NCBI GenBank assembly: GCA_021432655.1
Contig: MU271320.1
Span: forward strand, 40,928-93,447
Reading direction: 5' to 3'
From: Atractiella rhizophila
Taxonomy: Eukaryota
Length of the DNA: 52,520 bases
The notes under the pieces are model-generated. The model did not search any database. It was not told the origin of the DNA and worked only from the letters and a program-made list of their open reading frames with translations. Of this stretch, positions 13,270 through 26,383 are shown piece after piece; positions within the stretch are counted from its first letter, which is position 1; each line of letters begins with the position of its first letter. The translations under genes and the position numbers were made by a program.

Positions 13270-13629
13270 GCTGTGATGGGGTAGAACACAGAGTCGCACA
13301 AGAACTAGAATGCTGGTTGGTCAACAATATTGGAGATGGATGATCATAGTGATTAGTTCCGGTTCTCAACTAAAAGCGATAAGAACAGGCAAAAAGTAGA
13401 TCCAAAATCGCCCAGGAGAAGCATTCATTCATCTATTTTTCTGACTTTGTTGAGGAAATAGAAGAGCACGTATAGAAAGGGAGGAGCGGTGATGGTGCCA
13501 TAGACTTTAATTTGCCTTCATAAATAGTGAGCGTCTTCCTCAGAATTAGCGACTGGGTTACCCATCATTTTCCTGCTGCTTGGCAGCTAAACCAGCTTAG
13601 TTGCCCAAAATATCTAAATCACAAAAGAA

Positions 13630-15080
13630 ATGCCAAACAAATCATACCCATTCTACTACGGCGGAATCGCAGCTTCCCTTGCAGGAGCATGCACCCGTCA
13701 GTCCCCCTTCACTTTGCCTTCAGTGACCAATTATAATTATGTAATTGACCACAGATCCACTTGACGTCGCCAAAGTGTTCGTCCGCTCACCCATTCTACA
13801 TTGTTCTTGCTGAGGGCATATGTACGGGAAGACGAATGCAGACCTCCTCTGAACGCTCCCTCTTCCGAGTTGTCATCAACTCAGTCCGACAATATGGTCC
13901 GTCTCTGTCGTCTCTTCCTACTGGTAATAATTAGACGCTGTAGGACTGAAAACTGGTGCTTATGCTGGCCTGTCCGCATCCCTCCTCCGCCAAATGACCT
14001 ACTCCCTTACCCGCTTCGGAGCATACGATGTCATCAAGGAGCGCATGGCTGGTGCAGGTGACTCGAACAAGTTACCTGCTTACAAGGTCGTCGCGGCTGG
14101 AGCACTGGCAGGAGGTACAGTGACCTTATTTCTTGGTGCCTCAAATGATTGATGGATTCTTGGTGGAACGAAGGACTAGGAGGAATAGCGGGGTCGGTTG
14201 GTCGTCCTCTCGCCCTTTACAACCCTGACTCTTTCACTACCTTTTGACAGCAACGGCGCGGATGTGGTGCTAGTACGGATGATTGGAGATGTCAACAGAC
14301 CGCCTGAAAAGCAGTACAAATACCGGAACTGCTTTGTTGGCGTGTATCGAATCTTGCGGGTACGTCCACACTTCCCCTTTACCATGAAGTACTCTTTCGT
14401 CGAATGACTGTTTGTGGGTGGGTAGGAAGAAGGTCCAGGCAGCCTCTTCACGCGCGGCCTCGGCCCCAACATCGCACGAGCCGTACTCATGTCTTCCTGT
14501 CAGCTTGGCACCTATGATATCTTCAAGCGGACACTGGGAGAATGGTTGAAAGAAGGACCTGTGTTGCATTTTTCTGCCTCCTTTCTCGCTGTGCGTGTCA
14601 CACCTTTCCTTCCATGAGAAAATAATGACCGGGACGGACGGCGAACGTAGGGAACAGTGGCTACAACTGTCTGCAGTCCTTTTGACGTGCTTCGGACACG
14701 GGTATGGTTTGCCTACTCCTCAAATCGCACAGAGAGAACTGAGAGTGGTGCCTGCTTACGCTGCAGATAATGAGCGGCAGCGGCTCGCATTCTGTGAGTC
14801 AATCCCCTTTCTTTTCTCTAAAGACCTTGAACCGCTACCAGATCCTTGACGTCCTCCGATACTCTTTCAAGAACGAAGGTGCACGATGGATGTTCCGTGG
14901 CTGGACGCCAGCTTGGATTAGGCTCACTCCTCAGAGCATACTTATCTTGTACGTCCTTCCCCCTTCCCACCCTCAGCTTTCCTTTTCTTGTGGTATGGTC
15001 TGACTATTGATGACGCGCTCGCGGTGAACAGCTTGATTTTTGAACAGATGAAAGTGGCACATGATAAATTCCTTCGATAG
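13630..15080 (+). CDS. DIC1: Mitochondrial carrier family protein, dicarboxylate carrier-like (many short exons)
   Basis: MPNKSYPFYYGGIAASLAGACTHPLDVAKVRMQ; ASLLRQMTYSLTRFGAYD; ADVVLVRM; MFRGWTPAWIRLTPQ. These give three carrier repeats with a DIC-like signature. Confidence 0.85.
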
Positions 15081-15330
15081 ATCGACATTTCAATGTGCGA
15101 CCGTTTAGAGTGTGTGTAATTACCTGTTTTTGCTCTTCATGAAGATGGAGCGTACCTATAACACGGACAAGGAAATCTCAAGGTCACAACGATCGAGAGT
15201 ACACTGAGGCTTAGTATGCAGTACAACTCAGTGTGTTAATAATGGAAGAGAAAATGCAGAGCCTCATGCTACTCCGAACAACAAAACTCAAAACTAACGA
15301 CTGGAGGATTTGGGCTTGGGCTTCGGGTCA

Positions 15331-17006
15331 TTAGGCACTTTGTCGAAAGAGGTCCATGAAACTTGAACCGGAAGACTGCTCCTTGAAATTCATCACGATA
15401 TGAGCTTTGGTGACATAACCTAACGAACAGTCTTTCAGCATCCCTTCCTCATGATACTCAAACGACCTACTTGATGGTTTACTTGGTAAGAATTTCTTTC
15501 CATCAAATAAAGTTTTGGCCGTCCTCAAATCTTCCTCTGTTTCGTACTCAACAACGGCTTCTCCCTGATCGATGTTGACTGTGATGGCACCCTTGACGGA
15601 TGGAACCACGATATTCCTAAATGTCTCACTGATAGTTGGTGCTCCAGGCTTCCTGCTACTGTGCCAGTCAACGAACTTGGGTCGTCCAGCGTGGATCCAT
15701 GCCCTCAGTTTGAGATCCATATGGGCACGAGCGGCGGCTGTATCTGCTTTGCGGATCTCTTCGAAGATGTAAGGAGAGCAGCGGAAGAAAATGTCGTAGA
15801 GATCCTCGCTATTAGCGAGAAGTGGCGGGAAACCAGTCACTTTTAGCTTGAACGGCGGTTGCAGAGTAGACGTCAATGCTGTCGGCTCGTCTAGTTTCTG
15901 CATTGGCGAGTCGTCATTCATATCGTCCGGAGAATCTTGCCGAAAGACTGAGCCATGCAGCGATAAATCCTCTGGTGCTTTTGGAAGGCGAATATTGGAT
16001 GTAACCACTGGTGCAGTTATCCCACTCGTGCTCGACGTGCTCTGTGAGATGATTCTCACACTACCAAAGGATTGGATCGGCACTCGTAAGGAGTGAGGTA
16101 TCTGACTATCGACCTGCATTGGCACAGGTTGATCTGACACCTGCGATGTCTTCTGAGCGTCGAACTCTTCAAAATCCATAAGCTCGTCGGGCTCAGCCTG
16201 TTCAGACTGTCTGACACGTTGTATCCTTCGGAATCGGCTTTTGGTTGGGACATCTGCCAGTGCTGCAGCCGGTTGTTGAATCTGAGGTTTGGGCTGGATA
16301 GCATATGGAGGCACCAGTTCGGGTTCTGGGTTATTGGCGGATGCGAGGGAAGTGATGGCATCTTGAAGGAAATCTGACGTAAGGTTCTCAATCTGCGAAA
16401 GCTCTTGGATGAGCTGTGCTATTTCGATCGCTGTCACCACAAAATGGCATTAGTATATTGCATATAAGCGAAGGATTCAAAACAATCGAACTAACGCATT
16501 TCATATTTCCTGGGAGCGTTGCGCCATTTCCCCATCTCCTCAGCACAAAGACGATAAGCGCTTGAATTTCGGTCCTGTCCAGCACCACGTTCGAAGGCTA
16601 GTGATTCGCAATCGAAGCCTTCAACCGTCCACAGCATGCCCAGACCAACATCCATACCGTTTGCTCCTTTCTTGAGTAATGCACAAAGAGCAACAGGCTA
16701 TTGATAACGTCAAGACTTAATCTTTAGAATTTAGAGAGATAAATAACACACGTTGCCTAACCTGCAAGCCCACCAACAGAGTGATCTTAAATCATGAGCA
16801 GGCGTATTGAGCACTCGAGGTGTTACTGTCTTAGATGGATCTCCTGATCCATCAAGCAGGGACAGGAACTCAATCATTGGTTTGTAGAATTTGGGATCAT
16901 TTTGAGCAACATCTTGGGAATAGAAGCGTTTCATCGCGTCACATAACCTGTGTGCAAGCTGCTCGTCCTCCGTCAGAGGTTGCACGCTGCTGGGGACATT
17001 GCCCAT
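15331..17006 (-). CDS. Uncharacterised protein with an ankyrin-like repeat and a divergent C-terminal RRM-like region (3 exons)
   Basis: Exon 1 (MGNVPS...WWACRLGN) splices to PVALCALLKKGAN... and then in frame to the 15331..16440 ORF. The C-terminus has FKLKVTGFP and GEAVVEYETEEDLRTAKTLFDGKKF. Confidence 0.6.
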
Positions 17007-17209
17007 GTCTCGCCTAGCCTCTGAGAAGCCGTGCTGAGTCGTCACGCGTCAGCCTGAGGGTGTCCGACTTCTTTAGGCATACTACAGTAGAAGCCACAAG
17101 CTGGTCAAGAACGGGACAGACACGCTCTAGTTCCTTTGACACTACGTTGACACTACAGCACACCTGACTTCAGTTCTGTCCTCTCTCTCTAAGAAGACGA
17201 AAAGAAAGA

Positions 17210-17837
17210 ATGCATTGTACGGCAGATTTTTGCTTGGTACCTATGGGTACGGAGACGTGTGTGACCTTTTGAACTCAGGATAGATTGTCTATTAACCCCG
17301 GCATATCAGGTCTGTTGGAAAGTATATTGCAGAATGCCAAAGAGTGCTCGAGAAGACGGGGTTGAAATATGAGGTCTGTACTGCAGTTGGAGTTCTGCTA
17401 TCACTAACGATAAAACAGCTTCAGTAAGCCCTATCCTGTTGCACTTTCAGAGCCAACCTTCTCAAATGTACAGTGGGTATGGCACCGGTGCGTCATTCCC
17501 TTGTGCCCCTGTCTTCTGTCATTAATTTGTCTGGCATTTCAGGTCTCGAAGGCGAATGGACGGATGTCATGAAAGCAATCGAAGCCTGTCATGAAGCTGT
17601 GCACAAGATGGGATGCGTAATCTTCTCTCCCTCTGATCGTTTTCTGTCAACTTGAACTGATTGTGTGCTTTAGCCGCGCATAGCGACCGGTTTGGTTTCT
17701 TCTATTTCCCCTCTGCAATCTGATCACTTCCATGCGACATAGACATTAGAATTGGAACGAGAACCGACAAAGCCAGCTCTTTGAAGGCTAAGGTGGATTC
17801 AGTGAAGGAACAACTTGCTCGGGATGGCGCGGCATAG
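17210..17837 (+). CDS. ECM15: Thiamine-binding/UPF0045 (MTH1187/YkoF-like) protein, ECM15-like, built from micro-exons
   Basis: Spliced product MHCTADFCLVPMGTETSVGKYIAECQRVLEKTGLKYELHGYGTGLEGEWTDVMKAIEACHEAVHKMGCPRIATDIRIGTRTDK... Confidence 0.85.
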
Positions 17838-18382
17838 TAACTTGAATAAGATGTAAAGTGTAACATTAGGTTCGATATCAAAGAGGAACCCAAAGAGATG
17901 TGACCTGGATTCGAGTCGATCAGTAGGTTATTAACAGTCTGGTTAGTTGCAGCTTTCAATTTTACAATGAACAGATGATATTCCTCATTGCTCCACACTT
18001 GCGCTCAAGCCCAAGGACCTGTGTAAAACTCTGGCAGGGCGATACCATCTAACTGCAGTCTAAATTCCTATGGACTTGATTATGCGCTGGTTGAACTCAT
18101 TCATTGACGCCGTCAATTTCAAATTTACTCTCAGATCCTGAGATTTCTCAATGACAGGAGGGGAATTCTAACACACGATAAGAGTGGCCTCTTCTTACTG
18201 CCAGCTCATGCGGATCCTGAGAATGTTAAATGAGAGGAGGATGCAGCAGTCAATTGCGCAAGATTGGGAATTAATCCATGGCAAGACTCGCATTATCAAA
18301 TGCTGGTCGTTCCTCCTAGTTACATGATGTGGTCAAGGGTGGGGAGACAAAACGGCAAACTTGTGACGAAAATACTGCATGA

Positions 18383-19258
18383 CTAAAGCTCTTTACCTTC
18401 CTTAAGGTCAACGCAAGTGAGCAAGTTTATTTGGAACTAAGCCGAATGTTAGTCACTTCGACTCTTTGCCATGGAAATATTCAGCATTGGACAACTCACA
18501 GTGGCCAGTGGCATCTGAAGAAGTTTTAAAGTCGCAGCTTGCTTAACATCCAACTTGTCGCCGAATGAGCAGACTTTATGTTCATTATCGAGTGTGATAG
18601 CTCCCCTGATCAGTCTTGTGCTCAGTCCGTTATTGCGGAATTGGGGCTCTAACGAGGCTGGTGCTGGATCGCCTTCGATCTTAATTGTGCCGGCAGGTAG
18701 GAGGACATCTTGTGAGGCCAACTCTCCTGATCGAGCGTAATCGATTGGATGGTAGGAGTCGAACCAGTCGCGAACAACGTCTGGCTCTTCATCTGTAAAT
18801 AGCAGACCAACTTCTCCTTCCATACGCTGCATGCCACGGAATGAGTTTATGAAATAAGACAAAGTAAACGAACATTTGAGATAAATCGCACGCCTTGTCG
18901 GTACTCGTCCTCCTCCGTGGTACCCAGACTTTTCCTGAAGACAGCATTTCGACCTAGGAGTATTCTGCAGTTATAGATCTCAGTGGATATCTACGTGCAG
19001 GCCATAAGCACTTACCGTGAACCTTTCCACTTCAGTCTAATTTCATTCATAAAGGAGGATCGGAAGTGATTTGACGAAAAGAGCCAGATATAATGGTATT
19101 GATCAGCGAGTTGACGGACATTGTCAAACTGAGCTGCTTTGGTCTCTTTGGTGACTTTCTTCTCAACCTTTGAGAGATGAACCGTTTTTTGACGTTCTGC
19201 ATCTCCGCTCAGATAGTAGTATATACGACGACGAGGGAAACTCACTAGACTTAGGCAT
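18383..19258 (-). CDS. MRT4: Ribosome assembly factor Mrt4 (uL10 paralogue)
   Basis: MPKS|...VHLSKVEKK...IRLKWKGSR, GEVGLLFTDEEP, DYARSGELASQDVLLPAG, LEPQFRNNGLSTRL, QAATLKLL. Confidence 0.92.
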
Positions 19259-19520
19259 TTTGGGTGATGTTGATAATGTATGAAAAAATGTGCATACGCA
19301 GCAAAATTATCGTGTAACCTAATCTGACAAAGCTATATCACGTGCACAGTGGAGGAAGACAAGAAAATGATTTGAAATAGGTTCTCATTTTCATGAGATT
19401 GATTGGCCACGTTTCAACTTTCCAGCTCAATCCAACATCTCTGTTTCCGAGTGCACCAGGCGCCAATTTGGGCAAACGAGGCGCTTTCTGTGTCTGGAAC
19501 TCCACTCAGCTGCAGACACA

Positions 19521-20962
19521 ATGTCAGAGGAGACAACAATAATATGGATGGGTTTGTTCCTTCTTCATCTCACCATACAGACTCTGATCTCGCATGGGCC
19601 ACCACGAACAGACGGCGTATTCGACCTCACGCGTGCGTCTTCTCTCCCAATTGTTACTGTTACCGATCAACCAACACAACGAGCAGATTACGGGCACTAC
19701 AATGCGATTCGCCAAGGTCTCCAGTTCGGGAACCGCGTCCTCGTAGGGCTGCACAGTGATGACGAGGTCGAAAAGAACAAGGGGCCACCTGTGTTGACGC
19801 AGGACGAACGGGCGGCGCTTGTAGGTGGTGCGTTTCTTCTCATATCTAGCCTTCCACAGTTGTGGATTGCTGATCGATGATAATTGGTGGGAGACAGCTT
19901 GCAGATGGGCAGACGAGGTGGTTTGTGATGCTCCATACACAACCGGTCTGTCCCCTACTTCCTTTTCTTTGTCCTTTGAACGAATTAGAAAATAGCTGAT
20001 ATTTTCACAACAGATCTAGAATTTATCAAACCTTACAATGTACCCCCTTTCCTTCATCCGAGCATGATGAACGGACACTAATCGACGGTCGAAAGGAAGG
20101 TAGACTACGTAGTGCACGGCGACGACATGTTTGTCCTTTTCTATCTTCTCCCGAGGATGTCCATGATTATTTCTACCAGTTCCACAGATGCTGACGGCTT
20201 GGATGCCTACAGACATGTCAAATCATCTGGACTATATAGAGAATGCAGTCGCACTCGGGGAGTGTCAACCACAGACCTAATCTCTCGCCTTTTGTCTCCT
20301 CATCTCCGCACTACTCCTCTGCCTGACGAAGATTCACCAGCGGAGAGGGAGCTGCTACTTTTGTTCGCAGCGGACAAGAGGTGGAAGGGGAAACAATGGA
20401 GTCACGATGGAGTGACCTGTGTGAAGGGGGTGGAGAGGATGGAGGACAAAGGAGGGACCGTGTATGTTGTCGGTGCGTGGGAGGTATTGGGTGTAGAGGA
20501 TGTAGAATATCTCAAAGATCTATCACAGAGATTCGGTGAGCGCAACTTCTTTCCCGCAATCAACATGGAAGTGACTACTGACAATTCAATGATGACTGGC
20601 ATGTGTGCAGATAATGTGGTGGTCGGAGTCGAAGCGGGATCAGAAATATATGAACGCACAGGATCCTATCCCTTGCTCACGCTCAAAGAACGCACTCTTG
20701 CTCTGCTTGCTCTCCGAGTCAGTTTTCGTTCCATCTTCCGCATCTTCAACATTGAACGGTGCTGTAGTCAGTGACAGCGGTCGTCTCCCCGTCCCTCCCC
20801 TCTTCATCTCTGCCGTTTGATGTTGCACAAGAGATAAAGAGGGAGAGAGGGGAGAGTAAAGTACGGGTCAGGGTTAGGGAGAAGAGGAAGGAGATGGAAG
20901 CGAGACAGATGAGGAAGGGCGGCAAGAGTCTGCTTGAGAGAGAGATGGAGTTGTGTCAATGA
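19521..20962 (+). CDS. ECT1: Ethanolamine-phosphate cytidylyltransferase (PCYT2/Ect1-like)
   Basis: WMDG|VFDLT|HYGHYNAIRQ, GLHSDDEVEKNKGPPV, CRWADEVVCDAPY, YVVHGDD and RTRGVSTTDLISRLL, followed by a degenerate second cytidylyltransferase domain (YPLLTLKERTLALLALR). Confidence 0.85.
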
Positions 20963-21109
20963 ACTCATCCTGCTGCTATTAGCGTTGGTGATGCATCACT
21001 GCATGAATGGTTAACGTGGAGCGAATATTTATTACATTGCTATTGAGTTTGCAAGGACGAAGACGAATATTCGTCGTGCGTAATGCCTCAGAGAATCTGG
21101 ACGGATGCA

Positions 21110-21760
21110 TTAGTCGGCAAACAGTTTCTTCACTCTCTTGAGCACAGAGTCCTTTGATGGATCTACGCGCCATGAGCATCCTCCTCAGATTTTCCAACAT
21201 GGAACACATACCGTAGGGATGGTCTTTACTATTACATCCGAACAAATGTTAAAACGGTGTAACGTTGTGAGAGGTACCAAGAGAGCACAAACCTTGGGAT
21301 CTCCAACACTGCTGGGAAAGCTTGAGAGTACTTTTCAACCTGTGGTCTTATTCTGTCTGCGATCTACAACCGTGATCAGCATATCTTCCAAAGGCGACAT
21401 GAGATATGGGAGAGGGGAAACATACATGTTGATTGATCAACAGAATAGCGATATCATGTCTCTCTTGCGTGTACTCGTTGAAAGCATTCTCAATGGCACT
21501 TGTTGGCGTCTCTAAATAATAAATAGCTGCTCAGTACTTCCATGGAAGGTAGGAAGAAAGGTATAATGAAGGAATGGAAGAAAGATGCCTAACAAGAGGA
21601 GACAGCCAAAGAAGAAAGGGGCAAGCGAATACGAACTGTTGTCAACAACCAAGAAGTTCTTGCTCCCTTTGTCTACGTGTCCAGTACCAGCTAACAGGAG
21701 GCCCGTGATGGAGTCCTCGTCTGCAATCGTAGCGATCAACGTGCGTTCTACCCCTGCCAT
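21110..21760 (-). CDS. VMA7: V-type ATPase V1 subunit F
   Basis: [62 protein letters not shown]. Confidence 0.95.
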
Positions 21761-21852
21761 CTTTCAGTCTGGAAGAGCTCCGGACGGGACTGCTGTTCGC
21801 TAAGGAAAACACTAAGCGTTGGTCGCACTTTAACCAGAGTCAAATTAACAAA

Positions 21853-22418
21853 ATGGCAACTTTCGCTCGCACAGGTACGTCTTCTCGCATGCTTCATAGT
21901 TCCCCATTGAAATACGTTTGAAAGGCCTCCCATCCTCCCGACGTCTTCTTCCAAAATCACCCAGCTCTTTGAACCCCAAACCAATTCTCAAATCCGATGC
22001 ATTTTCCATGCTCCGTTCTGAGGGCCAGTCCCTCTACGCACGTGTCCAACTCATGAACCGACTCTACATCATTACTCCTTCAGACTCTCTTCTTGTCCCA
22101 CGCCTCAAGGACGCGCTCGTGGGGGACACATTGCGACTCACACGAGTACTCGAAGTCGGAAGTCGAAGTTTCACCCTTCGCGCTCCCACACCTTTCATTA
22201 GCTCAAAATTTCTGGAGAGGGATTGGCAGCGTAAGCCGGATGGAATGGGAAAAGGTTTGGGGGATAAGGTTCATTTGGAGGCGACGGTGGTTGAGCATAC
22301 CAAGAGTAAAATGAGCACGAAGGAAAAGTTTAGGAGGAGGAAACGGTATCATCGGACACTGAGGCAGAAGCTGGAGTGGACTAGGTTGAGGATAGGCGAG
22401 ATCAAGCTTGTTGAGTAG
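21853..22418 (+). CDS. MRPL49: Mitochondrial ribosomal protein bL21m (L21/MRPL49-like)
   Basis: One intron after MATFART. Basic presequence-like N-terminus; VGDTLRLTRVLEVGSRSFTLR; ATVVEHTK; KFRRRKRYHR...TRLRIGEI. Confidence 0.88.
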
Positions 22419-22990
22419 CTTTCTTTAATTGCAGTATGATAATTTTATGGGCCATCCTTCTCGCCTTCCAATGTCGTTAAGGAATAGAGTGTGCTCCCTT
22501 TCGACAATGTTCGTTGAAGGGCTCTCCTCAACTTCCAAGAATTAAACTTGCGCATAGTGGGCAAACCTGTGTTTGATATACAGACCACGGGCTACATTCT
22601 GAGTGAAAATAGGGCATAAACATTGCCTTGAGAGAGAACCGAGACCCACCACATCGCTCAGGTCCTCATCTCCTCCTTCCAGTCCGCGACATGTTATATC
22701 AGTCGTTTCGCTCCATATAATCGACTTTACTTGTGATGCCTTTCCTACCTTCTCAGAAGAAAAGGTTCGCGATCTGGCAACCAGACTTTACTAAAATGAT
22801 TTTTTTCGCTGGCAAACATGAATGTGCAATTTAGTGGGCAAACCAGTGGTAGTAACATTCCCATTTTGGAACAATGTGCGCTGTGTAGTGAAAATCGAAA
22901 TTCCACCGAGATAGAATACCAAGACAATAGTATACCAAGACAACAACAACTGAACTGCTCATCCCTCAGCGCCATGCCTCTTCGTCACTC

Positions 22991-24332
22991 TCATCTAATA
23001 GGCATGTTGATCGTGTTCTCCGCCTTGATGACCGGAGGCAAAGCCACAGCAGGCGGGAAGTCGCTCGCTCCGTTCGAATAGTTCGAGCTTGCGGTTGTGT
23101 TCAGGTCTCCAGCTGCCAGTCTGTTGGCGAAAGCGGCCAGAGAAGCTTCCATCACTTGCAGCTTGGAAACGGTGGAGATGTCGAAGTCAGGGGAGAGGCC
23201 GCATTGTTTTGTACAGGTTTGCGTGCCGATGTTCAGCACCGCTGGGATCGTGGAGACTGTTCATATGTGAAGTGAGAATTGGTTGTGTTGCGTTGGAACA
23301 CTTACCATCGACGGGGCTGTGTTGGAGTCCCAGAGAGGCAGCAATGCTCTCGTCGTCGAAGCCGAAGAATGTATTGGCGGTCAGCACTAGACCTGCGTCT
23401 TCCGAGCTTTGAGCGGGTGAATATCAAATCAGTCCCTGTTCTTCTGCTTAAACAATGCAGCTTACTTGAACATGGAAACGATAGTCGTTGGGTCACAACC
23501 GAGATTGGTTCCGTAATGTATAGACCCTCTATGCACAGCTCGCCTGATCAGCGACTGCTTTGAAGGGGGGAGGAATACGACGGACTGAGGGAGAGTGATA
23601 GATTGTCCAATTCTCAGATATTCGTATACCGTCGGTCCACCAGCCTCCAAGCTTATTCCGAAACGCATCGGCCCTCCTGATACGAGGAACATGATCTCAC
23701 TTCCTCTCGGATGGCTAAAATCGTTAAAATGAGCACAAGACAAACAGGGAAGCAAAAACGCTACCTATGAGGTGGAATGTCTCCACAGGGCTATACTACT
23801 CGTTTAATTTGGTCTGCGAGTCGAGATAAAAAAATGCTCACGCCAAGAGCAAACCATGCAACCGCCATTCCGCTCCCTACACTGGCAGGGAAGTTTCCAT
23901 TGTAAGCCAGGGTCCTGAATCCATCCTTTCCTGCGCTTCCCGTCAACCTTACCAAGTCCAATTCTCAATTAGATGTGATACCTCAAGGAATGAAAGCGGA
24001 ACCAAAAAACATACGGAGAATGCATGAAGTCGAAGACGTAGCTTTCGCCCGCCGATTGTAACATATTCTCCATGTCGACGAAAGTTGGTGCGGCCTATGC
24101 ATTACCGTCAGATGATCATCAGACAATGGCGAATAAAATGCACCTTCAGCGCTTTAATTAGCGGTGCCTTTGCAGGATCGTTTCCTGTGGGCAGAGCGCC
24201 ATCAGGGGGATTCATTGTCTGTCGTTTCATTAACATTTCTTCGGCGTTGTAGACATGATTCCCATTGTCGGCATGGAAGGGATGGGCGATGGTGACGGAG
24301 AGGAGGGAGAGGAGGGAGATAGGGAGAATCAT
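22991..24332 (-). CDS. Secreted germin/spherulin-like cupin protein (multi-exon)
   Basis: Signal peptide MILPISLLSLLSVTIA, a Kex2-like KR site, cupin box PCG..PPH|SHPRGSEIMFLV and a second box GQSITLPQ..GSIHY. Exact splice junctions were not all resolved. Confidence 0.8.
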
Positions 24333-26383
24333 CTTGTAATTCTGCTGCTTGGCTCGGAGAGAAGGAAGAGAGGGAGGGGATGTGGAATCTGTGGCCTCTG
24401 TTAGCTTTTAAGACTAGATGTCGGGCTATGAAGACATACGATCGAAGACGACGCTTCTCTGCACTCGCTACTATCCTGTCAATGTATGAACCGGACTGGC
24501 CAAGCAAGCTCGCTTGTACTACACAACTCCCATACTCCATCGGGGAGCCTGAGGCTGTAATCCACTTCATCGCAACGGCAAGCAACTACTTCTGAAGGGA
24601 GTTTGTCGTCCTATAGTATTGCAAGCGCGTCCGGAAACTCTTTCACGAGTACAGTGTTTATTTTTGACTTTGCCCAGACAGGGCATGCAGAACCGATGAT
24701 GTCCTGATTACTGTCAGTTGAATATTCGCTCCTGAGCCGTTACTGCCACTGTTCACGGAGACAGATCTTGAAGCTAGATGTGAAGTCGCAATTGACATAT
24801 CGTTTAGTTCTACAAATACTGTTTACCTCCTCGCTCTAATCAATTGCGAAAAAGCGGTTTAAAAATAGTCACACGGGAGCAGGAAGGTAACACTTTTCAC
24901 AATTCACTGCCGACCTGATTTTGCTTTCTTCGAGGGCGACTCATTCCATAGAGAGAAAGAGAAGACTCTAGATAACCTCATACCTAGTAAACTATCACAC
25001 CAAGGAGGAGTTGTCCTTTACCTGGCTTCACGCAGGTCAACTATACCGTGAACAGCACATATCCGCGGTGCAATTTTACAAAATCCGCGCTGACAGTGGA
25101 TGAACCTCGCTAAGGGCAAGCAGACCGAAAGCGGCATGAGAGTACGATCACGGGTATGATGGTATGGATCGGAGCCACCGTAAGAGTGACTGGAGGGATG
25201 TGCCTCAAGGCCATGCATGACTTTGGCGTAGCACGACTTTGCGGCGTTACAAGTGAAACCAAAGGATTTTGGGCCACCAAAACGGAGACAAAACCGAGAA
25301 AAGGGGAGGGAGACCGCCAAATTTTTCCAGTCAGCTGTCAGCCTCGGTGGAGGCGGAAGCCTTTTAAGAGAGTGAGAACGAAGACGGACCATTAATTGTC
25401 TCTGTTTTCGGCCCACGAAGCTTCTCTCCTCTTTTGTTCCTTCACAAGGTGCGACTGCTCGAAGCGATCAAATGGCATACTTGCAGCGCGTTGAAACATC
25501 AAATTGATGAGAAGTCTTCGCTAACAACACACTGGCTACCACATGAATTCCTGAACTTGAACAGTGTACTTTCGGACTAAGACCAGGTGCTGTAGTCGGC
25601 TCAGAGTTTAGGACTGCTGAGAATCAAATCTTCAGTTTCAGACGTGGTCTCGTAGTGTTTTGCCCTCGATAAGGGTTGTGACTTCAGCAATGTCAAAAAC
25701 AATCATGAAGTCACGAACGTCGGCTTGAACATGTCAACGGTGCATATAGAAAGCATATCGAAGAACATGACTACAGTCCTCTTGAAATGTTATCCGTCGA
25801 TAACAGCCGCATGTTCAACTGGTGAGGAGCCTGGGTGACAGCGTGTCATCAACTACAGTGATTCCAATCATTACATCCATTTCGGATATCTTTCAACGTT
25901 GGAGTATCTCGGAGCATCATGATTCCCATTTGCGAATGACAATAAGATACAAGATTGACAACATGTTTAATTCTGGGGCATTTTTTGTAGGTCTAGCCAG
26001 CATAAACAGCTGGCGGTGAATCTGCACCAGCAACAGGACAGGGAAGTGTTTACTAGTAGCTAGTACTAGTAGCATTTGAGCAGAGCGGAAGACTCAAGGA
26101 CCTGTTTTTGATACCTCGACTTCCCTTCTCTCCTACTGTATCCTCTGTGCGACGCATACACCGGAAAGCCAACTCTCTCATCCCTGTCTCATCCAATATC
26201 CACCCCATGCAGGCCTGGCCTCATAATCGTCGCACCAAGATCAAATTGGCAAGTTCTTACAGCAGGGGCGAAGAAGGGAAGTAGAGGGCATCAAAGCGCA
26301 TCAACACACCCTCGAAACGCGTAACATCCATCCTCACCAACACGCTGCCTGCAGAGGCATAGGCATATACACTAATAATAAGG

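Noticed and set aside
18031..18048. CTGGCAGGGCGATACCAT resembles the 5' part of metazoan U1 snRNA
   Set aside because: It lacks the essential ACTTACC 5' end and a recognisable loop I or Sm site. Probably chance.
24859..24868. TTAAAAATAG, a MEF2/Rlm1-type site upstream of the secreted cupin
   Set aside because: A single AT-rich 10-mer that cannot be distinguished from chance without conservation data.
24380..26019. Short ORFs in the cupin-dynein intergenic region
   Set aside because: No motifs, no convincing splice structure and no recognisable transposon remnants.
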